DNA of 64,000 nucleotides from Tubulanus polymorphus (lineage: Eukaryota > Animalia > Nemertea). The DNA lies in the NCBI RefSeq assembly GCF_964204645.1, contig NW_027437474.1, forward strand, positions 1,001-65,000, given 5' to 3'. Under the pieces are notes generated by a model. The model did not search any database. It worked only from the letters and a program-made list of their open reading frames with translations, and had not been told where the DNA came from. A program made the position numbers and the translations under genes. Positions 38,101 through 51,174 of the stretch are shown piece by piece; the first letter of the stretch is position 1, and every line of letters starts with the position of its first letter.

Positions 38101-39755
38101 CTTCATTCATAGCATTATATTCTTCTATTTCTTGATTAATTGCGCCCAATTTTCCCGATAATTGTTTTATAAATAGATGGGTATCATATCCTGATAAATT
38201 ATGAAATAATATTGGTACGAAATTTACTTTTTTAGCTTGTAAATTGCAATCTTCATGAGCAGCTCCACGATATTTTGAATTCAAATGATCATGATCTCTA
38301 ACTCTTTTATCAAATGAATAAAAACGTTTTTCACAATAACAACAATGAGTTGCATAATTAAAATCAATTTCATCTTCTTTTGTCATAACTATTCTTTTAT
38401 TTTTGTTTAATAATTTTGCAAAATCACTTTCTAATTCAATCATTTTATCACAAAAATCATTAACTACATTTTCACCTCTAAAAGAAATATATTGACTTTC
38501 ATATAATTCAGGATAATTTGATTTTATATAAATTCCATAAGCAGCAGCTCTTTGATGAACTTTTTTAATTGTATTTATAATTGGCGGGTCTTGTATTATG
38601 TCTTCATTTAATTCATTTCCTTTATCCATTGATTTTAATAATTGCTTTTTGTTATATATTTCTTTTCTATCTTGATCAGTTAATTCTTTATTCAACGATT
38701 CAAAATCCCCATAAATTACAAATGGAACAATATTCTTAAATTTATGATTAGTAAATTTTAATTCATAATCTTTTTCTGTTGGCATTATTAATTTACAAAA
38801 ATCTTTATTATCACATAATTCTTTATGTTTTAGTAACGCATTCTCAGTCATAAATTTAGATAAACATTTTCTACATAGATAAATTTTATTATGATGATCA
38901 CTTTCTGTTCTAAAGAATAAATCAATTTGTTTTAACCACATATAATGTTCATTTTCATCTTTTTTGTAATATAACAATCTATAGCATTTTCATCATCATA
39001 ATATTCTGTTAAATATAAAGCTTCCAATGTATAATCTTTAATATTTTCACCTTTTGTCTTTGGTAATTGCATTAATTCGAATACATTTATTTTTAAATTA
39101 TTAACTTTTTCTATTTTAGGAATCATTTTTATAGTTACTGGATATTGATCAATTTTATATAATGTTTCATATTTCCGATAATCTGTTATTCTACAAACAT
39201 TTTCCTGTGATGGATGTAAGCAACTAATAATTGACCATAGAAAACATTTATTATCTTCATTTTGAATATTTATTACTGCTTTTGTTATAAATGGTAATTT
39301 AATATAAGATGATGCTTTAATATCCTTTTCTGTTGTAAAGTTTGAATCATTTTTAAACATTTTATTGCTTTTTGATGTTTTATTTCTTTTTGTATTATAA
39401 ACATTTAAATCTAAATATATTATTTCATTCAATGTTAAGCCAGAACCCTCAAAATATCTTTCTTCAATATGACGTTTAAATTCATTTAATATTTTTTCTA
39501 ACTTCTCTTTTATTTGTGTTTTTGAAATTATTTCTTCAGAGAGTGTTTGAATATTATAATTCATCTTTTCTTCTGACTTTATAAAACTTACTTTCCCAGA
39601 GATACTAATTTTTGGATATTCAACATCTGTTATCAAATCTAGTATTTTTTCTATTATTTCATCAAATTTACTATAATTAGGGTTTTCTGTTATTTCACAG
39701 AAAACCGTATTGATATCCGCGTGATTATTATTATTATTATTTTCTTCCACACTAT
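35150..39755 (-). pseudogene. polB: Protein-primed family B DNA polymerase (main part), frameshift near 38975, contains an intein
   Basis: NEDNKCFLWSI...EHY (OTU-like), IYGDFES (exonuclease), VRDHDH...GAAHEDCNL (endonuclease VII-like), FHNLSGYD, YIDANNLYGWAM, KLMNNSFYGK, YFD^TNS, PGKFKDE, KLKGI. Confidence 0.92.
35606..36661 (-). mobile_element. Intein (352 aa) with LAGLIDADG homing endonuclease in PolB motif C
   Basis: Block A SVTADTPILL, block B VDVTADHSL, LAGLIDADG motifs FIKGFFMGDGS and FFIGFYAADGS, block F YVYDLST, end IQKN followed by +1 Thr; excision gives ILYFD-TNSY. Confidence 0.92.
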
Positions 39756-41029
39756 TTTTACCAAAAGAACATAGGCTTTGTTACCTTACCGCTGTTTCAT
39801 ATACAATCCATATAATATCGTTCAGCTCACTGAGATCTACAAATAGCCCGCGTGTTTTTTCACGAATCATCGTTACAAAAGCGCTGTCGGGCCGTAAACA
39901 TCGAAAATTTAGCCCCATTCAATGGGGCGACATGTTTTTCGAGTCATCCCGAAATCAACCCGCAGGCCGACTGTCACTTCGATTATCAATTCAAGTATAA
40001 ATGAACTAATTTATTGCCGCAGACTTCACATTCAGTCGCGGTCTTCAAACAGTGATTTTAACAATAGCCCATTTTCCTCATCAGATCATATTACCGATAC
40101 ACTGGAAATTTACTACTTTAGATGTTAAAAGCACTGTCGAGCCGTAAACATCGACGAATCGACGTGTGTTACTACATCGTCGTTCCGGGGATCAGCTGCG
40201 AGTTTCTCCTCATCATGAGAATCAAATCGAGTACAAATTAATTTATTACTACCAGTGATTTGGCTGCGGGTTTCAAGGAGTTAGTTTAACAATATCTATT
40301 TTTCTTTACCGAATTAACCGTGTATTTACTAAGATAAATCTTTAGTGTACCGGGGAATCGTAGGCCTAAACTAAACACGCCGAAGAGATATAGCGGAGAA
40401 AAGCTGTTATGTCGACGAGGTATCAAAATAGAAGAATATATTACTTTATTCGGCCGCGGGCTTCAACCTCTATATCAATACCATCAATACTCTATATTTC
40501 CTACAGTACATACCGATCATTGTCAAATGCACAATGTATTTACTAAATACAATTATATAACACAATCCTGTCCGTATGCTGGACTCACACTTGACATTCG
40601 GAGTAAGCGTTCGCTGTGGGGGAAAGGGATCGTTCGCTGTGTCGCTTGAAGTGTTTATCGAGTTTGACGTGGCTTTAGGCCTACCGGTACTGAGCTTTAC
40701 TGTCTCAAACAAACACAGTATAATTGTTGCGTTTATTAACTTACTCATTGGATTGAACTTTAAACAAAATTTACGATATTTAGGTGGGTTGTTATTCAAT
40801 AGGCCTACGACCAATCTGTCCGGATGTTAGGCCTACATAGGCTAGTAGCCTCTACTAGGTTAAGCGTTCGCTGTGGGGGAAAGGAGATCGTTCGCTGTGT
40901 CGCTTGAAGTGTTTATCGAGTTTTACGCGACCTTAAGGCTTTAGTATGGTGGCTGATAAGGGCCATGCGTTAAAAAAAACACGTATATGCAAATGAGGGC
41001 GACATTATGACAAAACGACAAAACTAAAA

Positions 41030-43173
41030 TAACGCGACAAAACAATAATTTTGGTTTTGTCGCCCGGGACAATTCATTATTTTGGTTTTATCGCCCGCGA
41101 CAATTCATTATTTTGGTTTTATCGCCCGCGACAGTTCATTATTTTGGTTTTGTCGCACGCGACAATTCATTATTTTGGTTTTATCGCCTGCGACAATTTT
41201 TTTTTGTCGCGGTTTTATCGCCTGCGACATTCAATATTTTGGTTTTATCACAAGCGACAATTCATTATTTTGGTTTTATCGCCTGCGACAATTCATTATT
41301 TTGGTTTTATCGCCTGCGACAATTCAATATTTTGGTTTTATCACCAGCGACAATTCATTATTTTGGTTTTATCGCCCGCGACAATTCATTATTTTGGTTT
41401 TATCTCCCGCGACAATTTTTTTTTGTTGCGGTTTTATCGCCTGCGACAATTCAATATTTTGGTTTTGTCGCCCGCGACAATTCAGTATTTTGGTTTTATC
41501 GCCCGCGACAATTCATTATTTTGGTTTTATCGCCCGCGACAATTTTTTTTTTGTCGCCGTTTTATCGCCTGCGACACTTTAATATTTCGGTTTTATCGCC
41601 TGCGACACTTCAATATTTTGGTTTTATCGCCTGCGACAATTCAATATTTTGGTTTTATCACCAGCGACAATTCATTATTTTGGTTTTATCGCCCGCAACA
41701 ATTCATTATTTTTGTTTTATCGCCGGCGACAATTCATTATTTTGGTTTTATCGCCCGCGACAATTTTTTTTTTGTCGCGGTTTTATCGCCTACGACAATT
41801 CAATATTTTGGTTTTATCACCAGCGACAATTCATTATTTTGGTTCTATCGCCCGCGAAAATTCATTATTTTGGTTTTATCGCCCGCGACAATTCATTATT
41901 TTGGTTTTATCTCCCGCGACAATTTTTTGTTGTTGCGGTTTTATCGCCTGCGACAATTCAATATTTTGGTTTTGTCGCCCGCGACAATTCAGTATTTTGG
42001 TTTTATCGCCCGCGACAATTCATTATTTTGGTTTTATCGCCCGCGACAATTTTTTTTTTGTCGCCGTTTTATCGCCTGCGACACTTTAATATTTCGGTTT
42101 TATCGCCCGCGACACTTCGATATTTTGGTTTTATCGCCTGCGACAATTCAATATTTTGGTTTTATCACCAGCGACAATTCATTATTTTGGTTTTATCGCC
42201 CGCGACAATTCATTATTTTTGTTTTATCGCCGGCGACAATTCATTATTTTGGTTTTATCGCCCGCGACAATTTTTTTTTTGTCGCGGTTTTATCGCCTAC
42301 GACAATTCAATATTTTGGTTTTATCGCCCGCGACAATTCATTATTTTTGTTTTGTCGCACGTGACAATTCATTATTTTGGTTTTATCGCCCGCGACAATT
42401 TTTTTTTTGTCGCGGTTTTATCGCCTGCGACATTTCAATATTTTGGTTTAATCGCCTGCGACAATTCAATATTTTGGTTTTATCACCAGCGACAATTCAA
42501 TATTTTGGTTTTATCGCCCGCGACAATTCATTATTTTGGTTTTATCGCCCGCGACAATTCATTATTTTTTTTTTGTCGCACGTGACAATTCATTATTTTG
42601 GTTTAATCGCCCGCGACAATTTTTTTTTTGTCGCGGTTTTATCGCCTGCGACACTTCAATATTTTGGTTTAATCGCCTGCGACAATTCAATATTTTGGTT
42701 TTATCACCAGCGACAATTCATTATTTTGGTTTTATCGCCCGCGACAATTCATTATTTTGGTTTTATCGCCCGCGACAATTCATTATTTTGGTTTTATCGC
42801 CCGCGACAATTCATTAGTTTCGTTTTGTCGCCCGCGACAATTCAATTTTTTGGTTTTGTCCCACGCGACAATTCAATATTTTGGCTTTATCGCCTGCGAC
42901 AATTCAATATTTTTGTTTTATCGCCAGTGACAATTCATTATTTTGGTTTTATCGCCCACGACAATTCATTAGTTTGGTTTTGTCGCCCGCGACAATTCAA
43001 GATTTTGGTTTTGTCGCCGGCGACAATTCAAGATTTTAGTTTTATCGCCCGCGACAATTCATTTTTTGGTTTTGTCGCCCGTGACAATTCAATATTTTGG
43101 TTTTATCGCCAGCGACAAATGATTATTTTGGTTTTATCGCCCGCGACAATTAATTTTTTTGGTTTTGTCGCCC
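41030..43173. repeat. 31-bp satellite array with a 507-bp higher-order duplication
   Basis: Monomer GACAATTCATTATTTTGGTTTTATCGCCCGC; variant monomers recur 507 bp apart (41401/41908, 41649/42156). Confidence 0.95.
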
Positions 43174-43265
43174 ACTTTATTAGCTTTTGAATAATTAGGC
43201 CAATTAATAACGTAATAAAGACTTATTCTTTCGCCTATTTTGAAGTCGAATAATCTGATATAGTA

Positions 43266-43677
43266 CGGAAGCGATAAAGGGCCTCGAGTTGTCGCGTTCA
43301 AACTCGACAAGTCGCCATATTTATGTCGATATATCGCGATATATCGCGTCAAGTCCACATGAATATGTCTACATATCGTGACGTTTTCACAACAAATTTC
43401 GCTTTTTGGCTCATTTTCCACGGGACAAGCCGTCATTTGAAGACATGTCTAAATGTAAGATGAGGACGCTAGTAATATGACGACTGAGTTTCAAGTCGTC
43501 ATGATTATGTCGACTTGTCGCGAGGAAAATGGTCGAGAAAACGAAATATGTCGTCAAAACGTCACGATATATCGACATATTCATGTCGACTTGACGCGAT
43601 ATATCGCGGTATGTTGACATAAATATGGCGACTTGTCGAGTTGGAACGCGACATCTCGAGGCCCCTTATCGCTTCTG
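43266..43677. mobile_element. MITE with long TIRs and TA flanks; partial second copy at 43779-43905
   Basis: CGGAAGCGATAAAGGGCCTCGAG... / ...CTCGAGGCCCCTTATCGCTTCTG, over 100 bp of inverted match; TA at both ends. Confidence 0.8.
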
Positions 43678-44719
43678 TACATATAGTGTCGAATATTAAG
43701 GTCATTTTGGCAGATTCTTTTTTTTTTAAAGTGATATTAAAGCGATCATTCAAGTGATCCTACTTAATGAAAGATCTACGGAAGCGATAAAGGGCCTCGA
43801 GTTGTCGCGTTCCAACTCGACAAGTCGCCATATTTATGTCGATATATCGCGATATATCGCATCAAGTCAACATAAATATGTTGACACATCGTGACGTTTT
43901 GACGAATTTAAACTCAGTCGTCATATCACTGGCGTCCTCATCTTTCAGCAACGCCAGTCACATGGAGTCGTACGTGTTCTACTTTCTGCGACGCGACACG
44001 ACTGTCACAACCAACCAACGCGCTCTTGCGACTGGCAGAAACTAGTCGCACACAATCGTATTGCAACCGACTTGCACTGAAACTTGCGATGCAACGCGAG
44101 GATCGCATCGTGTCACAAGACCAACCTACATCCGGCTTTAAGTTACTTCGGAGCACCAGAAATATCTTTTTTTTCGTTCAAAAGACCTTTCGCTTGAAAA
44201 TTCTTTCGTCGGAACAAAATTTATTTCGTTCGAACCAATAATATTCTATACGATTGAACCAATTTGAGAAAATCGTAAGAACAAAGTTGAAAAAACTTTT
44301 TTTTGTCCAAACGAAAGGTTTTTCGTTCGAACTATCGTTCAATTGAACAGAATCTTTTTTAATTTGAACAGAATTTTCTTGTCAGAACATTAAGTTTTTC
44401 GTTCGAACAAGTATATTGAAAAAAGTTCAATCGAACAGAATTGTTTTCATTCAAACATTCGTTCGAAAAAATTGTTTTCGCTCGACCAAATTTTTTTGCC
44501 GGGAAAATTTCATTTCAACAATAACAGCTTTTTATTCGAACACATTTTTTGTCAGAATGAAGAAAATTTTTGGTTCAAGCAAAAAGCGTATTGTTCGATC
44601 AAACAGAATTATTTTCATTCGAACAAGATTTTCTTGTTGGAACATTAAGTTTTTTGGTCGAACAGCGTGTTAAGGTCGATTTGGAAATTTACTCGGTCTG
44701 GTATATGTTGGATTACTGT

Positions 44720-44960
44720 GTATGTCATTTGTCAGGACATTAAACAGAAGACAACTTAGGATACTACCTTGCGTGACTCCACTAGTTTGACCGACTTATT
44801 CCAAGATGAAGCGTTCCGTTGATTTCGGCTACAAGTTTTCGTTCAGAGATAACTGCTGAGCCATTTGGGCGACCTATAATTGATACTGTTTCCTAATAGC
44901 CTGTTTAGTAATGGCTGATGTTGTGCCTTATCAAATGCTTCGTCGAAATCCACCGTTGAA
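44720..44960 (-). pseudogene. Degraded non-LTR retrotransposon reverse transcriptase fragment (CR1/L2-like)
   Basis: VDFDEAFDKAQHQPLLNRL...WLSSYL and TSGVTQGSILSCLLFNVLTNDI resemble the RT motifs DFSKAFD and GVPQGSILGPLLF. Confidence 0.7.
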
Positions 44961-45006
44961 CAGGATTCTAAGACTGTGCAGAAAACCCGTTATCGCTGCT
45001 TTGCAG

Positions 45007-45527
45007 CTATATTCTTCTATTGTTGTACCTTTAAAAAATCTAAATATAATAGCTGCAGGACCAATTTTACTATGTAATGTTTCTAAAATTTCAATTGTAT
45101 CTTTTATTTCTAGTGAATCAATATAATTTCTAACATTTTCCATGTAAGGTTCATTTGAAATGGATTTAGTTTTTGAAGTTGATTTTTTTACTTGTTGAGG
45201 TTTATTATCAAAATATTCTGATCCTAAAACATTTTTATTTAAATTTTTATAATGTTTTTGTGATTCGAGATGTCTATTATAATTCCTTTTTACTATAAAT
45301 TCATTACAAACTTCACATTTTATTTCATCCACATTCATATTTTCTAATCGTTCTTTTCTTTCATTAGAATTTTCTGGAGTTTCAAAATCTATTACATTTT
45401 TTATATGATTTGCAGATTTTTCATGTCGTGATTTTTTGGATTTATCGATGTATTTTTTACAATATTGACAATAATATTGATTTTTATTAACATTATTATT
45501 TTCTGGTTGGTGTTCATTCTCTCCCAT
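45007..45527 (-). pseudogene. polB: Detached N-terminus of polB with two C2H2/U1-type zinc fingers
   Basis: ATG inside the right TIR; YCQYCKK...RHEKSANH and KCEVCNE...RHLESQKH; joins in frame to 39755 once the insertion is removed. Confidence 0.78.
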
Positions 45528-47270
45528 TTATAAGGAAAAAAAATTACTTGTGGTGATGAGTGTTCGACCTTCGACCTCTGATCTGAAACTCTACTTTCCC
45601 AATTACTGAGATGTTGAAGAAGGCGTAAATGACAGAACTTATTTCAACATAATTAATTATACTATGTATCACTAATTTCAAGGCGACTCCTGTTAATGTG
45701 TAAAAACTTGTGTCACAATGACTGTTGGTACCTACAGGCCAATATGTCTGGAAACCTATTTTTGCAAGATTTTCCATTTTCTCAGCGCAGGCACTCAATC
45801 CTCGTCCCAATTTGAGAACACTATACGGAAAAAAAGAGATCCAAAATGTAAACCTTACCGACGAGCAGTCCAAATCTCCCAGCAATTCTACCTGGAATTC
45901 TTTATTCATATTCTTCCACTCATCAGAGGTCTTCATCAAGGTCTCTCCCAAAAGGCCACAAATCATAGTTGCAACTTTAGAAGCGATGTCGTAGTGATGA
46001 TCCTCGCCATCTTGCGTATCGTCTACTGTGTTCGGATCGTCATAGATACTGTAATACTGTAATATAACTTTCTATATGGAGAGGAGGCATTGTTAAAACA
46101 TTGGGCTTTAAATATAAAAGCTTCATTAAACAAACCTATTGATAATGTAGAATTTGCATGAGCTGTATTTTCTCGTCTTGGGTTACCCTTCAATCTTGCC
46201 AAAGGTTTTCCAATACTTTTACCGGAAGGTGAAACAATCTCCATGCCTACTTCATTGCTCGACGTTTCTTTAGTTTTGAACCCACCGCGTCTGCAAAAGT
46301 AAAGTCCATATTGTTGGGTAACTCGGCAAGGGGCTGTGAATAGGGGCATTGTTCGATGTTTGTCAAGTTTTGAACCTGCAGTGTCTGCAAGATGTGAAAC
46401 TAGGGGTCCGGGACACCATGCCCACTTGGGAAGTGGTTTCAAATGCTCAACAATCTAACAATTTCAATATTCAACGGCCCCTGGTGACCATATACAAAAA
46501 CCAATGACCTTGGAACTCACCACAATCATAGAACACTTTATGGGCTACAACTTTTTTATTGATTGTGTTTACAAAATATGCTTAGGTATCAATATAATGA
46601 GGAAAAAACATTGTCCCATCTACGAATGAGTACTGATGACACCAAGATGGCCACCAAGTGCGTCATAACTGGCTGATCATAAATAAAACATCCCTTTTCA
46701 AAAAATACCCATCACAAATTGAAATGAGAAATGGCAAACCAGTAGGAAGCTACAGGACTCCAAATTCTGGCCAAAATTGACATTTTCTGGCACTAAAAAG
46801 GTCATAGGACAGCCATCTTGAGTCCGATCGACCCAATTTTTCTTATGCTGATGGGCCTTGAGGGATTCAAATATATTCGAAAGATCAAGGTAATTGTTCA
46901 AAGCGTTTCAAATTTCCCTCAAAAAGTTCAAAAATGTGTAAAAAGTGCTAAAAAATTTTTGCGAACAGCAATGGCTGCCATTCAGCCATCTTGATTCTGA
47001 CAAGGCCACTTTTTGGGCTGGAGATGTGTCTAGGATAGATACACGTGTAACGCAAATATCAAGACATTACACTATAGCGTCTTCAAAACTTCCCAAAATA
47101 ATTGGATTCCGTCTACGGACGGACGACGGACGAACGGTGAACGCAATAGCCCGCTGGGACTAGACTGAGGCGTCCATATTGTGGGTAACTGAATGAGATG
47201 GAATTTTGCCGATTGTCAAATGATAGAATATTTGCATTTGATTATAGTGGTCGCCACTATTCGCTCCTAC

Positions 47271-49800
47271 CTCCAAACTATAAGTAGAACAACAGCCACC
47301 AATAACAGTGTTAGAACAGCAGCAACAACGACACTTATTATTCCTGCATAACTAGACGGTGTTTAAACAATGATTCTCTCTTGCTGTTCTATTGGTGGAT
47401 AATGCTGATATGTTTCCTAGATAATTAAAAATTATTAATTGAAGATAATCTTTGAATTGTAAACTGCAATTTCTTATGAAACACAAGCTGAACTGAAAAC
47501 TAGTTGTTTTAAACTCACTCCGTTATAATTCTCAACGATTCCTAAAATAAAACTGTAAGATTTTCCAGTTTCTAGAGGAGCATTTAAGTAACCACTATAG
47601 TTACGTGTATCACCAACTACAAACTCAGAAGGCACTTCCGGTGCTAGAACTGCAGTAATATAAACTGATAATCCTCGCTGTTTAGCTTATCCGTACGAGA
47701 CGTACTGTGATTGGTTGATCGTACGCTTCCGGCGACGGTTGATTGGTCCATGATCGTGTTTCTTCACGATCACCTCGCTGCAAATCAGAGAGTAAATTGT
47801 TCTTTAAAATTATGCGTTATCTTTGGATAAATGTATGGAGGACACTTACGTAATGTTATCATTGTTAACACGTGTTAGTTGAAGTGTAACAGTCGTGTCT
47901 GTTACCGCTGCTTTCTTGGCAACCAGTTGAGGAATTGTTTTTTACCTGAAATATCAGTTACTTAAACTCGTGACACGTGATATTCAGTGGAGACCTGTTT
48001 TAACGACTTACCTGTCCAATAGCTTACGCTGGCAGGCGACCCTTCACCCTTTCGCTTCCAGGCGAAAAATAAACCGTTGTATTTAGTAAAAGGAATCAGT
48101 GACGTCGTTATGTCTAAATTTGTGATGGCGCCTTCAATTTTAGATTTGTTAACTGTTTTTATGTCTGTTAAAGGTGTTGTGGAAATTGTACTGATGGGTT
48201 CATACGTGAGCTGAAAACAGAATAAAATAGAATAGAATATACATGAGGTTACAGGTACTGCCCTCTACTGGTCAGGACAAGTTAATTCCTACCCGACAAT
48301 TGATGACATCACTATTTGGACAGTTTGGTGCTGTCCATGTCAATGTTGTTTTCATTGTATCCCTTGTGAATGAGAAGTCAAGAGAAGCGGGAGGTCCTCG
48401 TACTGAAGTGAACAATACAGACAAATTAAGTAGGCGATTCTGTGACATTTACTTTATGTCGACAGCGTACGAACATCTTTAGGACAGTTAAATGAATCTA
48501 CAATAAAACAAACATGTTTAAAACAATTCTGTGTCTGAATTGATGATTAAGATTTTATTAGAATGCGGGGATTTTACCTGCACACAAAGTCTGTATAGTT
48601 AGTATTAGACTAGTCAGACTAGCAGTTGATATAAGCGACTGTTCACTGATTTCTGTAGTCTAACGGCTATCTTATACCCGGTATTAGGAGTTAAACCAGT
48701 AATTATGTTATGTGTTAGGACTCCTGCAGATTCCTGATTAGTCCAAGTGTTTTCTGATATCTTACGATAAACGACTTGATACTGAACGCTGATATTACCA
48801 CGTCCTGAATCTACTACAGAACCCGAGTAAGCTGTCCAACTGACTTATACACTGTTATCAGCGATTTTCGTAATTGAGAAAACAAATCTAATTCTGAAAA
48901 AAAGAAATTGGGTTGTATTGAATTTACACAAATATTTTACTTTCTGTCATATCCGATTCATACTGGTTTCTATATTTAGGGAATATGGAGTGAGATTCCA
49001 GGAATCTATGATTCAGTGTAATGTACCTGACTCGCAACACTTTCCGATGTAATTCTGTAAACAGACAGATTGACAGATACCACTCAAATAGTCACAACTT
49101 TCATTGTTTTAACATGGATAACATTCAATCATACATCCAAATGAGTTCGATCCCTTACTGCAATCACCGGGTGCTAAACAGACATTTAACGGTGATATAA
49201 AAAAGCTGATATTTTCATTACAAATCACTGAATATTTTTGAATCACTAAACCTTAGTTTAAACAATTCATAAAATCAATTTATAATCTATTTTCATTCCT
49301 TTACAATTTTATAAAGTTATGCAAAACTTACCGATATATTTGAACCCGATTACTTCTATTTCTACCAGCGCGAGATACTCTGCTTTACCAATGTTCTTGT
49401 GTTGAACGGTGACGTATTGTCCAACTTGAGGACCTGTGTTGCATGTGGATGTTTTATGTGTATCACAGAGAGGGGGCCCTGGGGCGAACTCTTTTATCAG
49501 ATCGGAGAATCCGTTTGCCTCCAATCGTACTCTTTTATTGGTCACGTGACTTTTTGGAGTCTCCGAAACCTCCTTTCTGTCGAGGTGGTGTGATTCGGAT
49601 TTTGTGTGGAGCCAACATGGCGACCGAACGTGTGACAGTGCCGTATGAATCCTATTATTTTCTACCTATCCTCTCTATTTTCTTGTTGGAAAAGACATAT
49701 TTGTATATTGTTATCCAGGTTTGCATTCTATTGATCATAGACATCCGACGCGCAATAATATATGCGCCTCATACGTCCATCGGCGACGTTTTTTCAACTT
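47271..49800 (-). pseudogene. Receptor ectodomain and TM exons (lectin-like, EGF, FN3, TM), probably the 5' half of the PTP pseudogene
   Basis: GQYVTVQH...LALVEIEVIG (F-type lectin-like), Cys-rich EGF exon ~49030-49190, FN3 exon ~48580-48890 (VSW...YQVVY...GLTPNTGY) with stops, TM exon 47271-47416 (GIISVVVAAVLTLLLVAVVLLIVWR). Confidence 0.65.
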
Positions 49801-49908
49801 AGCCTGTAATCAAACAAATTCAATCCAATGCAATTTTATTTATTAAAAAGTCACAGTTTTCCATTTACAGATCACTTAACCTCCTAAGGGCAGGCCTAAG
49901 TTGCTTCT

Positions 49909-50126
49909 GGTAAAAGTGCAGATCCACACCTCTTCGCATAAACGGTTCAATCAATTACATTAGATATCATTGTTTCAGATTCAAAATGTCATCAGACATC
50001 AGCAATTCAATTCAGTACATTGCCATTGGTAAATTTTAAGATATCATCATTAGAAAGATTTTAGCCTGGATTCAGTCATTCAGTAGATTGCGTCGATCAC
50101 GAGAGGTGCGGATCTGCACTTTTACC
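49909..50126. mobile_element. Merlin-type MITE
   Basis: TIR GGTAAAAGTGCAGATCCRCACCTCT with a perfect 8-bp TSD TTGCTTCT (49901-49908, 50127-50134). Confidence 0.85.
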
Positions 50127-51174
50127 TTGCTTCTTTATAACATGGCAATTGGAAAAAAATAGGGTTATGTATCTATAGGCCGAAGGTTTAATTTTTTTTA
50201 GAGTAGCTTAAAAAAATTAAATTAATTTTGTAGGATTAATTTATATTTACAGAGCACCTTCTGGCCAGGACAACCTTGGTTCTACAAAAGCCTTAACGAT
50301 TGAGAGGAATGGCCAGACGATAACACTTGTCGTCGAAAATGATATCTATAATAGAATAATTTATCAAAGAGGTAAGGCATAAGCTGTGGCGGCATACTGA
50401 ACCTCATTAGAATGAACGCAGAATCAATTCAGTGTCGTAGTGTTACTTGTGTTTAGTTCAACTTTTCATAATTAGTCGACTTAACTGTGCCACAATGAAT
50501 ATGGTAATTTATGTTAATTCATGACTTGCCTTTTTCAACTAATGATTTGAATATTTAGATGACTTTTAATTCATGGAGTTTTGTAGTTAACTCTAATCTT
50601 CATTATCTCGTAATACCTCCACTCAGTACATGTTGATTTCTTGTTTATGTAATATTTTTAGATACATGTATTCTGAAAACTCTGCTACGAAATTATGATA
50701 CGTTTTGTGCACAGGGTGGCACCGGTATGCATATTTTTAAAGAATCACTCTACATTGGCTATAGGCCCGCTTTCACTTTTTGAACGGTTTTGTAAGTTGT
50801 ACGTGTCAAAATTCCAGTTTTAAATTTGTCGCCTTGATTAAATTATAGGAGAAACGCAAGATGCCGGTGTAGCATTTCATATTGAAAATAAAGAAGCATT
50901 AACTTCAGGTATGTATATATGCATCATATTCGAATGTTTTCTATCTAACTGCATATTAAACATATATTTCAGGGGCATCGTGGCCAAATTTAATATTTTA
51001 GTAGATTCATTTGGCAGTTGGCAATAAGGAAGTCAAGAAGCATTGACATTGCAATACTGCAGAAAATCAACAAAACATTATTTTTTTAAAATTTGGAAAA
51101 GATTTGGTTGCAAATCATTTAAAAACATGTGATGGTTTATTCTTCAAAAGTTATTAGACTAGGTATTTTTTCAG

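Larger units (their letters stand above)
39756..45006. other. 5.25-kb insertion of host repetitive DNA inside polB
   Basis: Bounded by CTAT (39752-39755 and 45007-45010); removal gives in-frame IEEYSVEENNN joining ORFs 44931-45527 and 38932-39750. Confidence 0.8.
25485..45607 (-). mobile_element. Polinton/adintovirus-like endogenous DNA virus (degenerate), interrupted by insertions
   Basis: AT-rich, intronless, tightly packed ORFs for pPolB, integrase, packaging ATPase and capsid; inverted repeats CACTCATCACCACAAGTAATTT...CCTTATAAAT at 25494-25535 and 45521-45562; right end ...TTCCCAATTACT matches the end of the second element. No TSD found. Confidence 0.9.

Noticed and set aside
41030-43173. 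CRISPR array
   Set aside because: Monomers abut with no unique spacers and there are no cas genes; it is a satellite.
41051-43190. Long ORFs (437, 490, 344 aa) as proteins
   Set aside because: Artefacts of a stop-free 31-bp repeat read in all three frames.
25485-45607. Bacterial or phage contamination
   Set aside because: Embedded among spliceosomal exons, interrupted by host repeats, and has a eukaryotic-virus gene set.
25479-45613. 6-bp TSD for the Polinton-like element
   Set aside because: Flanks AGGGGA and GAGATG do not match; the left end is uncertain.
45608-46445. ORFs 45544-46442 as further viral genes
   Set aside because: Mostly outside the inferred terminus, different composition, no recognisable motifs.
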